Assembly (NCBI GenBank): GCA_965249135.1
Contig: OZ252220.1
Span: forward strand, 1,984,001 to 2,048,000
DNA from: Alphaproteobacteria bacterium
Lineage (GTDB): Bacteria; Pseudomonadota; Alphaproteobacteria; GCA-2746255
Direction: 5' to 3'
Length of the DNA stretch: 64,000 bases
The translations under genes and the position numbers were made by a program. Shown piece by piece: positions 48,137-58,619 of this stretch (position 1 is the first letter of the stretch; the number at the start of each line of letters is the position of its first letter). Under the pieces are notes generated by a model. The model was not told the origin of the DNA and did no database searches. It saw nothing but the letters and a program-made list of their open reading frames with translations.

Positions 48137-48387
48137 CTTCTTAGCTCCTTCATATCCTTACATAAAGGAGCATATCGGAATCAGAGTGTATGTGTCAAGT
48201 ATATAATTAGGCCTTAATTCCTTAATTAAGATTATTAACCTAAAAATTCTTGCTTTGTTCCAGGATCCGTTCCACACTTTCGACGGATTTCAGCCGGGCG
48301 AGGGCAATTTTCATACGCCCGTATTCAGGCAGGCCGGGCCTGCCGTGGAATAATCCGGCACATGCAATGGTAAGAAGGGTAAGGAGG

Positions 48388-48861
48388 ATGATCGGTTCCT
48401 TCCGGCCTTTTACACTCTTCTTCGGTCTCGTTCTTGGCTTCTGGGCTTCGGCTGCAGATGCAGTGGAAGCGTTGCCGGGGCCGGCGCCGGCGCGAGTGCT
48501 GCGCGTCGTCGATGGCGACACACTGGTTGTGCGGGCCAGGGTTTGGCCGGGCCATCAGGTGGAAACGCTCGTCCGCCTTAAGGGCATCGACGCACCGGAA
48601 CTGAAGGCAGGCTGCGAGAGAGAACGTGCCCTTGCTCACCAGGCGCGTAGCTTTCTGGAACAACATGCCGCCGAAGGGCCCGTCTGGCTCTCGGATATCC
48701 GTTTCGGGAAATATGCCGGTCGGGTCCTCGCGCGCGTAACGGTCGATTCCGGGGCGGATCTAAGCATGCAGCTGTTGGCGGTCGGCCTCGCACGCGTCTA
48801 TGCAGGGGGCGCGCGCCTTTCCTGGTGCGGCGAAACGCATTCGGAGCACACGACGCCTTAA
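48388..48861 (+). CDS. Thermonuclease (SNase-like) family exported protein
   Basis: [32 protein letters not shown]; signal peptide. Confidence 0.9.
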   Translation: MIGSFRPFTLFFGLVLGFWASAADAVEALPGPAPARVLRVVDGDTLVVRARVWPGHQVETLVRLKGIDAPELKAGCERERALAHQARSFLEQHAAEGPVWLSDIRFGKYAGRVLARVTVDSGADLSMQLLAVGLARVYAGGARLSWCGETHSEHTTP

Positions 48862-50795
48862 CGATTCATTCGGTGCTCGACCAGTTCGTTCACGACGCTT
48901 GGGTCCGCCAGAGTCGAGGTGTCACCAAGGTTTTCGTATTCATTTTCGGCAATCTTGCGAAGGATTCGCCGCATGATTTTGCCGGATCGCGTCTTTGGTA
49001 GTCCCGGCGCCCATTGGAGAAAATCCGGAACGGCGATCGGTCCGATTTCCTTTCGGACCCATTGGACGAGCTCTTTGCGCAGCGAATCGCTTGGCTCCTC
49101 GTGTGCCATCAGGGTGACGTAAGCATAGATGCCTTGACCCTTGATCTTATGGGGGTAACCGACGACGGCCGCTTCCGATACCTTCGGATGCGCGACCAAT
49201 GCGCTTTCAACCTCGGCCGTGCCCATCCGATGACCAGAAACGTTGATCACGTCGTCGATTCGACCGCTGATCCAGTAGTAGCCGTCTTCATCCCGGCGGC
49301 AGCCGTCGCCGGTGAAGTAGTGGCCTGGATAGGTCGAGAAATAGGTCTGCACGAACCGCTCATGGTCGCCATAGAGGGTCCGCATCTGGCCGGGCCAGGA
49401 ATTGGCGATGCAGAGGGCGCCTTCGCAAACGCCTTCCTGGGGATTTCCCTTTTCGTCGACGATCTCCGGCTTCACACCGAAGAAGGGCCGGGCGGCGGAT
49501 CCCGGTTTTAATTGGGTGGCCCCCGGCAGGGGTGTGATCAATATACCGCCCGTCTCCGTCTGCCACCAGGTGTCCACGATTGGCGAACGCTTATCGCCGA
49601 CGACACGGTAGTACCAAAGCCATGCCTCCGGGTTGATGGGCTCCCCAACCGTGCCAAGAAGGCGAAGCGACTTTCGGCTCGTTTGCTTTACCGGGCCATC
49701 CCCCTCATGCATGAGGGCCCGGATCGCCGTCGGCGCGGTGTAGAAGATATTGACCTGGTGCTTGTCTACAACCTGCCAAAAGCGGGAATAGTCCGGATAA
49801 TTCGGCACGCCTTCGAATATCAGTGTCGTCGCGCCGTTCGCCAGCGGGCCATAGATGATGTAGCTGTGTCCGGTTACCCAACCGACGTCCGCCGTGCACC
49901 AGTAGGTATCGCCATCGTGATAGTCGAAGACATACTTATGCGTCATCGCGGTGTAGACGAGATAGCCACCACTCGTATGCAAAACCCCCTTTGGCTTTCC
50001 CGTTGAGCCCGATGTGTAAAGGATAAAAAGCGGATCCTCCGCCGCCATTTCCTCCAGAGGACAATCGGGAGAGGCGGCTTCCAGTGCTTCCTCGTACCAG
50101 ACGTCGCGCCCTTCCACCCAGTTTACGTCGCCACTGGTCCGCCGGACCACGATAACGGTATGGACGTTCGGGTAGGTTTCGAGTGCTTGGTCCGTATTCG
50201 CCTTAAGTGGAACCGTTTTCCCGCCGCGGATTCCTTCATCTGCGGTAATGACCACCGTGCTATCGCAATCCTCAATTCGGCCATGCAACGAAGTCGGTGA
50301 GAACCCGCCAAAGACGACGGAGTGAATCGCTCCGATCCGCGCGCAGGCGAGCATGGCGTAGGCCGCCTCTGGGATCATCGGCATGTAGATGGTGACTCGA
50401 TCGCCCTTCTTTGTGCCCCGGTCTTTCAATACATTCGCAAAACGTGAAACCTGCTCGTGAAGCTCACGGTAGGTAATTTTCTTGTCATCCTTTGGGTCAT
50501 CCCCTTCCCAGATAATGGCCGTCTGGTCTGCGCGTTCGGGAAGATGGCGATCGATGCAGTTTGCACAGACATTCAGTGTCCCGTCATAGAACCAGCGGAT
50601 GTGAACGTCACCCTTGAAAGAAGCGTCTTTTACTTTCGTGTATGGCGTGATCCAGTCGAGGCGCTTGCCCTGCTCGCCCCAGAATCCTTCCGGGTCCTTT
50701 ATCGAGCGTTCGTACATTTCCTGGTAGGTCGCAGCATCCGCCCAGGCGGCCTTTGCCACGGCCTCTGGCACCGGAATCACAAGGTGTTCGGACAT
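48858..50795 (-). CDS. acs: Acetyl-CoA synthetase
   Basis: [35 protein letters not shown]. Confidence 0.97.
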   Translation of the reverse strand: MSEHLVIPVPEAVAKAAWADAATYQEMYERSIKDPEGFWGEQGKRLDWITPYTKVKDASFKGDVHIRWFYDGTLNVCANCIDRHLPERADQTAIIWEGDDPKDDKKITYRELHEQVSRFANVLKDRGTKKGDRVTIYMPMIPEAAYAMLACARIGAIHSVVFGGFSPTSLHGRIEDCDSTVVITADEGIRGGKTVPLKANTDQALETYPNVHTVIVVRRTSGDVNWVEGRDVWYEEALEAASPDCPLEEMAAEDPLFILYTSGSTGKPKGVLHTSGGYLVYTAMTHKYVFDYHDGDTYWCTADVGWVTGHSYIIYGPLANGATTLIFEGVPNYPDYSRFWQVVDKHQVNIFYTAPTAIRALMHEGDGPVKQTSRKSLRLLGTVGEPINPEAWLWYYRVVGDKRSPIVDTWWQTETGGILITPLPGATQLKPGSAARPFFGVKPEIVDEKGNPQEGVCEGALCIANSWPGQMRTLYGDHERFVQTYFSTYPGHYFTGDGCRRDEDGYYWISGRIDDVINVSGHRMGTAEVESALVAHPKVSEAAVVGYPHKIKGQGIYAYVTLMAHEEPSDSLRKELVQWVRKEIGPIAVPDFLQWAPGLPKTRSGKIMRRILRKIAENEYENLGDTSTLADPSVVNELVEHRMNR

Positions 50796-50914
50796 CTTAT
50801 GGGCTTCCTTCCCTGATTTAGGCTTTTCGTTTCCAAATAGTTTAGGGGATCAACGGTTGAAGGCAAAGCCGTCCCGTGACCGGGCGCCGGGTTCAGATTT
50901 AAGAAGCCAGTAGT

Positions 50915-51217
50915 TCATCGGATTCGGATGTTGTTTTCCTTAGGCAACACAATTTTATAGGGCTGAATCGTGACCGTTTGAAAAATCCCATCCTTCTTAT
51001 AGGGGTCACCTTCCGCGAAGGCCTCAGCTTCCGCCAGACTTTTAAACTCGACGACAAGAAGGCTTCCAGTGGGCTTGCCGTTTTCTTTCGAAAGCGTCGG
51101 TCCGGCGAGGATAAGATGATCCTTTTGCTCCTCGAGATAAGCAAAGTGACGTTCGCGGAATTTTGCGCGGTGTTCTAGGCCATCCGGGCCGTCATAGCAA
51201 TGAATCAAGTAGAACAT
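50915..51217 (-). CDS. YciI-family protein
   Basis: RERHFAYL, LAGP, GSLLVVEF, DPY. Confidence 0.9.
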   Translation of the reverse strand: MFYLIHCYDGPDGLEHRAKFRERHFAYLEEQKDHLILAGPTLSKENGKPTGSLLVVEFKSLAEAEAFAEGDPYKKDGIFQTVTIQPYKIVLPKENNIRIR

Positions 51218-51250
51218 GCCCCGTCTCCTTAGCCGCGCTGTAAGAGAGAT

Positions 51251-52261
51251 TTAAGCAAATACGACGCCGTCCGGCAGCTCTTCTCCAAAGGGTCGGGCAA
51301 GAAGGCCTTTGATCGTCTGATCGATGTCCGCGCCATGATGGAGCACGTCACGAATTGCATTGGCGATCGGCATTTCAAGCCCATGACGGTTGGCAAGCTC
51401 GGGTATGGCACGCGCCGTAAAGATCCCCTCTGTTACGGACTTGCGGGCGGCCAGTATTTCTTCGAGCGTTTTTCCTTCGCCTAACGCGATGCCGAGGGTG
51501 AGGTTGCGGGACTGACGGCTACTGCAGGTGAGCGTAAGGTCTCCCAATCCCGAAAGCCCCATGAAGGTTTTGGCATGGCCCCCGAGCACGACACCCAAGC
51601 GTAGGATTTCAGCAAGCCCGCGGGTAATCAATGCTGCTCTGGCATTCTCACCAAGACGGCGCCCATCGACGATCCCACAGGCGATCGCCAGCACATTCTT
51701 CACGGCGCCACCGATCTGGGTGCCAACGACGTCTTCGGAAAGGTAGGTGCGAAAACGAGGACTTCCTAAAATCGCCTGCAATTGCTCGCCAACATGCGTG
51801 TCTTCGCAGGCCAAAGTCGCGGCCGTCGGCAAACCACGCGCTACCTCCGCTGCAAAAGTTGGTCCCGACAGCACGGCAAGGGATGCGTTTGGAAGCGTCG
51901 CGCCTATGACTTCGCTCATCAAGGCGCCGCTCTTCTCCTCGATACCTTTCGCGCAGATAACCACCGGGGTCTCGTTCTTCACGTGGGGGGCAAGTGATTC
52001 GGCGGCCTTGCGTAGGTATTGTGCAGGTGTGGTGAGTAAAAGCACGTCCGCTTTCGCCACTACATCAAAGGCATCGGTCACATGGATTTCAGAGTCGAGC
52101 TTGATTCCAGGTAAGTAGACCGCATTTTCGGAAGTCTCTCGAATGACCTCGATGACCTCCGGCTCCCGGGCGTATAGAATCGTTTCCTTGCCTTGCCGCC
52201 GTACGACTTGTGCAAGGGCCGTTCCCCAGGCACCCGCTCCCACAATCCCGATTCGCGTCAT
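51251..52261 (-). CDS. gpsA: NAD(P)H-dependent glycerol-3-phosphate dehydrogenase
   Basis: GAGAWGTALA, LSGPTFA, KNVLAIACG, GLGDLTLTC. Confidence 0.96.
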   Translation of the reverse strand: MTRIGIVGAGAWGTALAQVVRRQGKETILYAREPEVIEVIRETSENAVYLPGIKLDSEIHVTDAFDVVAKADVLLLTTPAQYLRKAAESLAPHVKNETPVVICAKGIEEKSGALMSEVIGATLPNASLAVLSGPTFAAEVARGLPTAATLACEDTHVGEQLQAILGSPRFRTYLSEDVVGTQIGGAVKNVLAIACGIVDGRRLGENARAALITRGLAEILRLGVVLGGHAKTFMGLSGLGDLTLTCSSRQSRNLTLGIALGEGKTLEEILAARKSVTEGIFTARAIPELANRHGLEMPIANAIRDVLHHGADIDQTIKGLLARPFGEELPDGVVFA

Positions 52262-52292
52262 GGTATTCACTCTAGCATGGATGCTGGTTGCG

Positions 52293-53351
52293 TCATGGGC
52301 GGGTCCCGCTGCCACGATTCGATATGGCGCACGGGTCAAGCGGCCAACGGGGCTTCGCCGCAAAATCGAGGCCGTCCGTTAACCCAAGACGAAGGCGTTC
52401 GATACCAGCCCAGGCGATCATCGCGCCATTGTCTGTACAAAGGTTCTGAGGCGGTACGTGAAGCCGCATGCCTTCACCTTCGGCCAGTTCGGAAAGACGT
52501 GCCCGCAAATATTCGTTGGCGGCGACCCCGCCGGCGATGACGAAGGCCTCTTGGTTCGGATGACGTGCCAGGAATTGCTGGATTGCGTTTCTGGACCGAT
52601 CTACCAGTACGTCGCCGATCGCCGCTTGGAAGGCGGCTGCGATATTCGCCAAATCTTCGGTTGGTTTGGGGCCCTTCGCGAGCTTTGCGACGGTTTGCCG
52701 GACGGCCGTTTTCAATCCAGAGAGGGAAAGGTCACATCCCTCCCGCCCGATCATCGGCCGCGGAAGATCGATGCCTTTCGCATCGCCTTTCTTGGCCAGC
52801 TCCTCAACCTTCGGGCCACCCGGATAGCCGAGACCAAGAAGCTTTGCCGTCTTGTCGAAGGCCTCTCCTACTGCATCGTCAATCGTAGAGCCAAGCAAAA
52901 GGTAATTGCCAACGCCTTCCGCGATCACAAACTGCGAATGCCCTCCGGAAACAAGAAGAAGGAGGTAAGGAAAATCGATATTTTCCAAAAGACGAAATGA
53001 AAGGGCATGTCCCTCCAGATGATTGATGGCGAGAAAGGGAAGTCCATGAAAGGCGGCGATGGCCTTTGCTGTCATTACACCCACTAGAAGGCCACCGATT
53101 AAACCGGGTCCAGCCGTCGCCGCAACGCCGTCAAGCTCATCGAATTCAAGCTCCGCGTCCGCTATGACCCCCGCCACGATTCCATCCAGATAATCGAGAT
53201 GGGCACGCGCAGCGATCTCCGGAACAATGCCGCCATAGGGTTCGTGAGCCGCTACCTGAGAATGGATGCACTCTGCCAGAACTTGGCGTTGGTCGTTTAC
53301 GATTGCGGCGGCGGTCTCGTCACAACTGCTCTCTAAGCCAAGGACGATCAT
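52293..53351 (-). CDS. tsaD: tRNA t6A threonylcarbamoyltransferase
   Basis: ESSCDETAAA, NHLEGH, DDAVGEAFDK, CTDNGAMIAW. Confidence 0.97.
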   Translation of the reverse strand: MIVLGLESSCDETAAAIVNDQRQVLAECIHSQVAAHEPYGGIVPEIAARAHLDYLDGIVAGVIADAELEFDELDGVAATAGPGLIGGLLVGVMTAKAIAAFHGLPFLAINHLEGHALSFRLLENIDFPYLLLLVSGGHSQFVIAEGVGNYLLLGSTIDDAVGEAFDKTAKLLGLGYPGGPKVEELAKKGDAKGIDLPRPMIGREGCDLSLSGLKTAVRQTVAKLAKGPKPTEDLANIAAAFQAAIGDVLVDRSRNAIQQFLARHPNQEAFVIAGGVAANEYLRARLSELAEGEGMRLHVPPQNLCTDNGAMIAWAGIERLRLGLTDGLDFAAKPRWPLDPCAISNRGSGTRP

Positions 53352-53457
53352 AGTTTTCTGTCACTATCCGCCTTTCAAAATGAAGGGGCGGATGATGGTT
53401 TTTCCCTTCCGTAATAACCACTTTACCTTGCGGGTCAGCAAGCACTACACACATGGC

Positions 53458-54399
53458 ATGGCCGAAAGAAAGCCCATTCGCATCGGCACGAGAGGTAGTA
53501 AGCTTGCGCGTGTCCAAGCAGAAGAGGTGATGAGCCGTCTGATGGCGGCCCATACGGCGCTTGCCGAGCCGGAGGCGCTTGCGATCCAGGTCGTTCGGAC
53601 GACCGGTGACCAGGTCCTCGACCGCCCACTCGCTGAGCTGGGCGGCAAGGGGCTCTTCACGAAAGAGATCGAGACGGCCTTGTTGGCAAACGAGATCGAT
53701 CTTGCCGTCCATTCCATGAAGGACGTTCCGACCTGGCTGCCCGATGGGCTCGTTATCGCCGGCTGTCTTCCTCGGGAAGACCCAAGGGATGCCTTCATTT
53801 CCCGCCGATATATAACATTTGCAGACCTACCGAGAAGGGCCATCTTGGCCACCTCTTCCCTTCGCCGCCAAGCGCAGGTCCTCAGTCGGCGATCCGACCT
53901 TCGGGTCGTACCCATGCGTGGGAATGTAGGAACCCGGCTTCGCAAGCTCTCGGAAGGGGAGGCGGATGCCATTCTTCTCGCCGTGGCCGGGCTCAAGCGG
54001 CTCAACCTTGCCGATCACGTCACCACCGTGCTTGAACCCGACGAGTTTTTGCCTGCTGCGGCGCAAGGGGCAATCGGGATCGAATGTCGAACCGATGACG
54101 ATGCGCTCAAGTCTCTCCTTAAACCGATCTTCGATGTGAACACAGATTGTTGCATCGCGGCCGAACGTGCAACCCTTGCCGCACTGGACGGTTCCTGTCG
54201 AACGCCGATTGCCGTGCTGGCAGAGCTCGTCGGCGAGGGCAAACTTTTCCTTCGTGCGATGGTTGCGCTGCCGGATGGCTCGCTTCGCTATGATGCGGAA
54301 CGTCGCGGGCCGGTTGCGGACGCGGAAGCACTTGGCAAAGACGCAGGCGAAGAACTTCGCGGCCGGGCAGGTCCGGATTTTTTTGCAGGGCTCGGCTGA
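53458..54399 (+). CDS. hemC: Hydroxymethylbilane synthase
   Basis: IGTRGSKLA, GGKGLFTKEIE, VHSMKD, LDGSCRTPI. Confidence 0.97.
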   Translation: MAERKPIRIGTRGSKLARVQAEEVMSRLMAAHTALAEPEALAIQVVRTTGDQVLDRPLAELGGKGLFTKEIETALLANEIDLAVHSMKDVPTWLPDGLVIAGCLPREDPRDAFISRRYITFADLPRRAILATSSLRRQAQVLSRRSDLRVVPMRGNVGTRLRKLSEGEADAILLAVAGLKRLNLADHVTTVLEPDEFLPAAAQGAIGIECRTDDDALKSLLKPIFDVNTDCCIAAERATLAALDGSCRTPIAVLAELVGEGKLFLRAMVALPDGSLRYDAERRGPVADAEALGKDAGEELRGRAGPDFFAGLG

Positions 54400-54403
54400 C
54401 GAA

Positions 54404-55159
54404 ATGCAGGTTCTTTTAACCCGTCCGAAAGAAGACTCCGAAAGCCTTGCGGCCCTTCTTCAAGCGCGAGGAATCACAAGCCTTATCGAGCCGATGCTTA
54501 CGATCCGCCCGCGTACCAACGTCCGGCTTTCGATCGACGATGTTCAGGCCTTTCTCCTTACGAGCGCAAATGGCGCACGTTCTTTGGCAGAAGCCACACC
54601 GGAACGAGGCCTTCCGGTCTATGCGGTTGGGAACGTAACGGCAGAGATCGCGTGCGCCCTTGGTTTCAGGGAGGTGCATAGTGCGGCTGGGGATGTGCGT
54701 GCATTGGCGGACCTCGTCGTGGAGCATGTGGACCCAAAGGCTGGCCCTCTCCTACATGCGGCAGGCAAGACGGTTACCGGTGATTTGGCGATGCAGCTCG
54801 CCGATCGTGGGTACGACATAGCGTGCAAGACACTCTATGACGCAACGCCGGCGGAGAGGATTTCCCCCACCGTTGCCGAGGCACTTCAGAAAAGAGAGAT
54901 CACAGCGGTCCTTTTTTTCTCTCCCCGAACGGCGGCTGCCTTTGTTAGGCTAGCGAGCGAAGCCGGGCTTGCCCCTCACTGCGAACGGGTGTTTGCGCTC
55001 TGTCTCAGCCCCGCGGTGGCCAGAGAGGCAGATGCCATCCGTTGGCAAGAACTGCGGGTATCCGCACATCCGGATGTAGCTTCCCTTCTTCGTGATCTTG
55101 ATGACGTTGCGAATCACGCAGGCAAACGAAAACTCGGTAAAACTGGCCAAAACCGATGA
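54404..55159 (+). CDS. hemD: Uroporphyrinogen-III synthase
   Basis: VLLTRP, TSANG, FFSPRTA; follows hemC. Confidence 0.92.
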   Translation: MQVLLTRPKEDSESLAALLQARGITSLIEPMLTIRPRTNVRLSIDDVQAFLLTSANGARSLAEATPERGLPVYAVGNVTAEIACALGFREVHSAAGDVRALADLVVEHVDPKAGPLLHAAGKTVTGDLAMQLADRGYDIACKTLYDATPAERISPTVAEALQKREITAVLFFSPRTAAAFVRLASEAGLAPHCERVFALCLSPAVAREADAIRWQELRVSAHPDVASLLRDLDDVANHAGKRKLGKTGQNR

Positions 55160-56154
55160 ATGATCAAGAAAGTCCGACGACGAAAGCCAACGCAACGCCT
55201 GCACAAAAGAAAGGCCGGGTGCTTTGGATCGCCGCTCTTTTGTTGCTGGTGGGTCTCGGCGCGCTTTACTACTACGTTCCCTTGTCGAAGGAGCTTGCCG
55301 GATTGACAGCGACCGTGCCGCTTCCAAAAGCGTCGGAAACCCTTTCCGAGAGAATTACCGCCCTTGAAGAGATGCTGGCGACTCTTCCGCAAGCTTCTCC
55401 AGATTCGAGTTCGACATTGAATGCGATCGAAGCCGACATAGCCTCGCTCGACGCTCGGCTTGCCGCCCTCGAACAAAGAGCGACGCAAAATCCAAGCGGG
55501 AAAGAGACAGGGACTCTTAAACCAGAGACCGAAAAACTCCGAAACGAGCTTCAGAATCTTTCCTCGCGACTTGCAAACCTTGAGCGCGCTCCGGAAAAAG
55601 CCGCTTCGATTGACGTTCCCATGAACCCGCGCCTTCGCGCCGTCGAGGATCTCCGGGAGGGCCTTTGGGAGTATGGGCCCTTCAGCGAACGGTTAGCCGT
55701 TCTCTTATCGGTAGCGGGCGATGATCCGGTGGTGATGGAGGTGCTTGCGCCTATTACCGCTTATGCGGATCAGGGAATCCCAACGCTTCCGATGCTTCGC
55801 GTGCGATTCGATGACATGGCCGCGGCCGCGCTTGAAGCCGGATGGAAGAAGCCGGAAGCCGACTGGCGGGAAAGGATTCTTGCAAACCTTGCCAGCGTCG
55901 TGACGATTCGACGGACCGGGGATCTGGAAGGCGACGACCTGGAAGCGGTGCTCGCGCGTGCGGAAGTGGCCCTTAATTCTGGCGATCTTGAACGCACCGT
56001 TTCCCTTCTCGAGGGAATCGGAGAACCGGCCTTGAAAGCAGCGGAATCCTGGTTCCGTGATGCCCGTGCCCGCCTTGCGGCAGAGACCGCGATACGGCGT
56101 TTACGGCAGGTGGCTTTCTCGAAGGGAAAAACACCGACGGAATCGCAACAATGA
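55156..56154 (+). CDS. COG4223 / mitofilin-like membrane-anchored coiled-coil protein
   Basis: N-terminal TM, coiled coil, GIPTL, VVTIRRTG, LARAE..L..GDL; hemD-hemY position. Confidence 0.8.
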   Translation: MNDQESPTTKANATPAQKKGRVLWIAALLLLVGLGALYYYVPLSKELAGLTATVPLPKASETLSERITALEEMLATLPQASPDSSSTLNAIEADIASLDARLAALEQRATQNPSGKETGTLKPETEKLRNELQNLSSRLANLERAPEKAASIDVPMNPRLRAVEDLREGLWEYGPFSERLAVLLSVAGDDPVVMEVLAPITAYADQGIPTLPMLRVRFDDMAAAALEAGWKKPEADWRERILANLASVVTIRRTGDLEGDDLEAVLARAEVALNSGDLERTVSLLEGIGEPALKAAESWFRDARARLAAETAIRRLRQVAFSKGKTPTESQQ

Positions 56155-57530
56155 TTCGCGCTTTCGTGTTCTTTCTGATTCTTGCGATTCTTGTCGTGCT
56201 TACGGCATGGGTTGTTGAGCATCCTGGAGCCGTCCTTGTTACGTTTGGCGAATACCGTCTTCGTACCTCGGTTGGCTTTCTGGTCGTCGCAGCTGCATTG
56301 CTTGCATTTGCCATGACCTTCCTCGATCGAATCTGGCGTTATCTTGCGGTAGCACCTCACCGGATCGCCCTTGCCTTTCAGGAAAACCGTCGCCGGCGTG
56401 GCTACCGGGCACTCACTCAGGGCATGGTCGCGGCGGCGGCGGGGGATGCGGACGAAGCCGGCCGCCAGGCCAAACGGGCGGAGGGGCTTTTGCATGATCC
56501 GCCGCTTACCATGCTGCTTTCCGCGCAAGCCGCCCAACTGAGTGGCGATGAAGGCGCGGCGACCGGCTATTTCGAATTGATGCTTAACCACCCTGAGATG
56601 GCGTTTCTCGGTATCCGCGGCCTTTTCATGCAGGCCCTTCGAGAAGGGGACGAGGAAAACGCTCTCCGGCTCGCCCAGCGCGCCTATGAGCTTCATCCTA
56701 AGACGCCATGGGTCGTTCAGGCGCTCTTCGATCTGCAGGTGCGCGCCGGCAGGTGGGAGGAAGCCGAAGCAACGCTCAAGGATGCGACGTCACGAAAGGC
56801 GATTCCGACTACCGAAGGCAAACGGCAAACGGCCGTTCTTCTGCTTCGCCAAAGCGAAATTGCGGAAGGGCAGAGACGGGACCACGAAGCGCGGCGCTTC
56901 GCTCAGGATGCCTTGAAGCTGGCGCCCGATTTCGCGCCGGTGGCGGCCCACTGTGCACGGCTCTCTGCAAAGGAGGGGGATGTGCATCGCGCCGAAAAGA
57001 CGATTGAAAAAGCATGGTCAAAAGTACCGCATCCGGATCTTGCCGCTACCTATCTGGAAATATTTTCAGCTGAAGACGCATTGGAACGTCTGAAACGAAT
57101 TGAGAAATTGGTGGCACTCTATCCCGATCATCCGGAAAGCCATCTTGCCATTGCAGAGGCGGCGATCGCCGCGAAGATTTGGGGCGAAGCTAGAAATCAC
57201 CTAGCAGAAGCAATCGCAGCCATGCCATCGGTGCGTGCCTTTCGAAAAATGGCGGAACTTGAAGAGGCAGAAGCGGGAAAAGGGCGCACAGCCGAGCAAT
57301 GGCGTACACGTGCCACCGAAGCGTCGGCGGACAACATGTGGGTGTGTGCAAATTGTGGCGCGATTGCCGAATCTTGGTCCCCGACTTGTGCAAATTGTGG
57401 GGGGTTTGATGGCTTTCGATGGCGTTCCCCAAGGCTTGGTAGTATCGAGAGCACCGCTGCGTTTCGACGCCGTAGAGCCGGTCGAAGTAGCTGGTTTCCT
57501 AGAGAAAATTTAGCAATGCCTAACCGTTGA
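56151..57530 (+). CDS. hemY: HemY N-terminal domain/TPR protein
   Basis: Two TMs, LLSAQAAQL, FLGIRGL, PHPDL, WVCANCG...CANCG. Confidence 0.85.
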   Translation: MIRAFVFFLILAILVVLTAWVVEHPGAVLVTFGEYRLRTSVGFLVVAAALLAFAMTFLDRIWRYLAVAPHRIALAFQENRRRRGYRALTQGMVAAAAGDADEAGRQAKRAEGLLHDPPLTMLLSAQAAQLSGDEGAATGYFELMLNHPEMAFLGIRGLFMQALREGDEENALRLAQRAYELHPKTPWVVQALFDLQVRAGRWEEAEATLKDATSRKAIPTTEGKRQTAVLLLRQSEIAEGQRRDHEARRFAQDALKLAPDFAPVAAHCARLSAKEGDVHRAEKTIEKAWSKVPHPDLAATYLEIFSAEDALERLKRIEKLVALYPDHPESHLAIAEAAIAAKIWGEARNHLAEAIAAMPSVRAFRKMAELEEAEAGKGRTAEQWRTRATEASADNMWVCANCGAIAESWSPTCANCGGFDGFRWRSPRLGSIESTAAFRRRRAGRSSWFPRENLAMPNR

Positions 57531-57555
57531 CGTGGCGATTTTCTGCCGCTACCTT
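57527..57555 (+). promoter_or_regulatory. Sigma70-type promoter for tRNA-Thr
   Basis: TTGACG-N17-TACCTT. Confidence 0.6.
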
Positions 57556-57574
57556 CGCCGCCTTCGCCGCCTTC

Positions 57575-57650
57575 GCCGCGTTAGCTCAGTTGGTAGAGCA
57601 CAGCATTCGTAATGCTGGGGTCGTAAGTTCGAGTCTTACACGCGGCACCA
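57575..57650 (+). tRNA. tRNA-Thr(CGT)
   Basis: Acceptor stem GCCGCGT/ACGCGGC, D arm GCTC/GAGC, anticodon loop TTCGTAA, GTTCGAG T loop, encoded CCA; 76 nt. Confidence 0.97.
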
Positions 57651-57770
57651 TTTAACCTCCACTTCCCGAGACGCGCCCGGTGCGCTAGACTGTGCCTTCG
57701 CTTCCGGCGTCGTTCGCGAATCGAACGACGCAGTGCGGAGGCGTGATTGTGTATTTGGAGTTGCAGTCTA

Positions 57771-57980
57771 ATGTCAGTAGGAACGGTGAAGTGGTTCAAC
57801 CCGGCCAAAGGATACGGTTTTATTCAACCAGAGGACGGCTCGAAGGATGTGTTTGTGCATATCTCGGCCGTGCAGCGTGCGGGTTTGAATACATTAACCG
57901 AAGGACAGCGGGTTGAGTACGAGCTTGTGCCCGGCAAGAATGGTCGGTCTGCAGCCGAGAATTTGGTTGTCAGCGAGTAA
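57771..57980 (+). CDS. cspA: Cold-shock protein (CspA family)
   Basis: [21 protein letters not shown]. Confidence 0.95.
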   Translation: MSVGTVKWFNPAKGYGFIQPEDGSKDVFVHISAVQRAGLNTLTEGQRVEYELVPGKNGRSAAENLVVSE

Positions 57981-58156
57981 TCGCGGCAAGCTACTCCACC
58001 ACCGCTAAAGGTTTCTGACGGCCGGCGTCGTTTTTCACTTCCGTGACATTCTCAGTCGGCAAGCCCTTGGTTCCTCAAGTGGGGTTCCGGCGAAAGGCGG
58101 CTGCGCCCGCAAACCTGGTGCCCTTAGACGGCTAGTTGTGGCCGAGGATTAGGGCC

Positions 58157-58212
58157 TTGACAGGGTTTCCCGGGCACGCTATTTTGGTTGCGATTGAGAA
58201 TGATTTGCAATC
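58157..58212 (+). promoter_or_regulatory. Sigma70 promoter followed by a Fur-type iron box
   Basis: TTGACA-N17-TATTTT (58157-58185), then imperfect palindrome GATTGAGAATGATTTGCAATC (58192-58212) upstream of iron-uptake genes. Confidence 0.7.
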
Positions 58213-58243
58213 TCATCTAGCAATAGATCCTTACGGATCTGAG

Positions 58244-58597
58244 ATGAAACGACCAATTTATCAAAGACTTGGATATTTAACGGCGACCCTGTTCTTGGCC
58301 TTGGCCCTCTCCATTGGCCCGCTCTTGGCCGGCGATGAGGTCTACACGATCACCATTAAGGACCACCGGTTCGATCCAGTCGATCTGGAGATTCCTGCCG
58401 GCAAGAAGGTGAAGCTGCTCATCAAGAATCTCGACCCCACCCCGGAGGAGTTTGAAAGTTACGACCTCAACCGCGAGAAGATCATCGCTGGTGGCCGGGA
58501 AGGAACCGTCTATGTCGGACCGCTGGATCCGGGGACCTATGAATATTTCGGTGAGTTCAACCCGGACACGGCCCAAGGCCGCATCATCGCCAAGTAA
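58244..58597 (+). CDS. Exported cupredoxin-domain protein (FtrB / EfeO-N-like)
   Basis: Signal peptide, PEEFES..LNREK, YFGEFNP..AQG. Confidence 0.88.
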   Translation: MKRPIYQRLGYLTATLFLALALSIGPLLAGDEVYTITIKDHRFDPVDLEIPAGKKVKLLIKNLDPTPEEFESYDLNREKIIAGGREGTVYVGPLDPGTYEYFGEFNPDTAQGRIIAK

Positions 58598-58619
58598 CCA
58601 TTAGCCTTTTTGAAAAACC

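Larger units (their letters stand above)
45855..48211 (-). mobile_element. IS1595-family element with passenger genes (2357 bp)
   Basis: Terminal IRs CCCAATTATATACTT (45855-45869) and AAGTATATAATTAGG (48197-48211), 14/15 match; 8-bp direct repeat CCTTAATT at 45847-45854 and 48212-48219; contains an IS1595 transposase. Confidence 0.9.

Noticed and set aside
57575-58150. tRNA-Thr as an island or prophage attachment site
   Set aside because: No integrase follows, and I saw no duplicated tRNA 3' end in the window.
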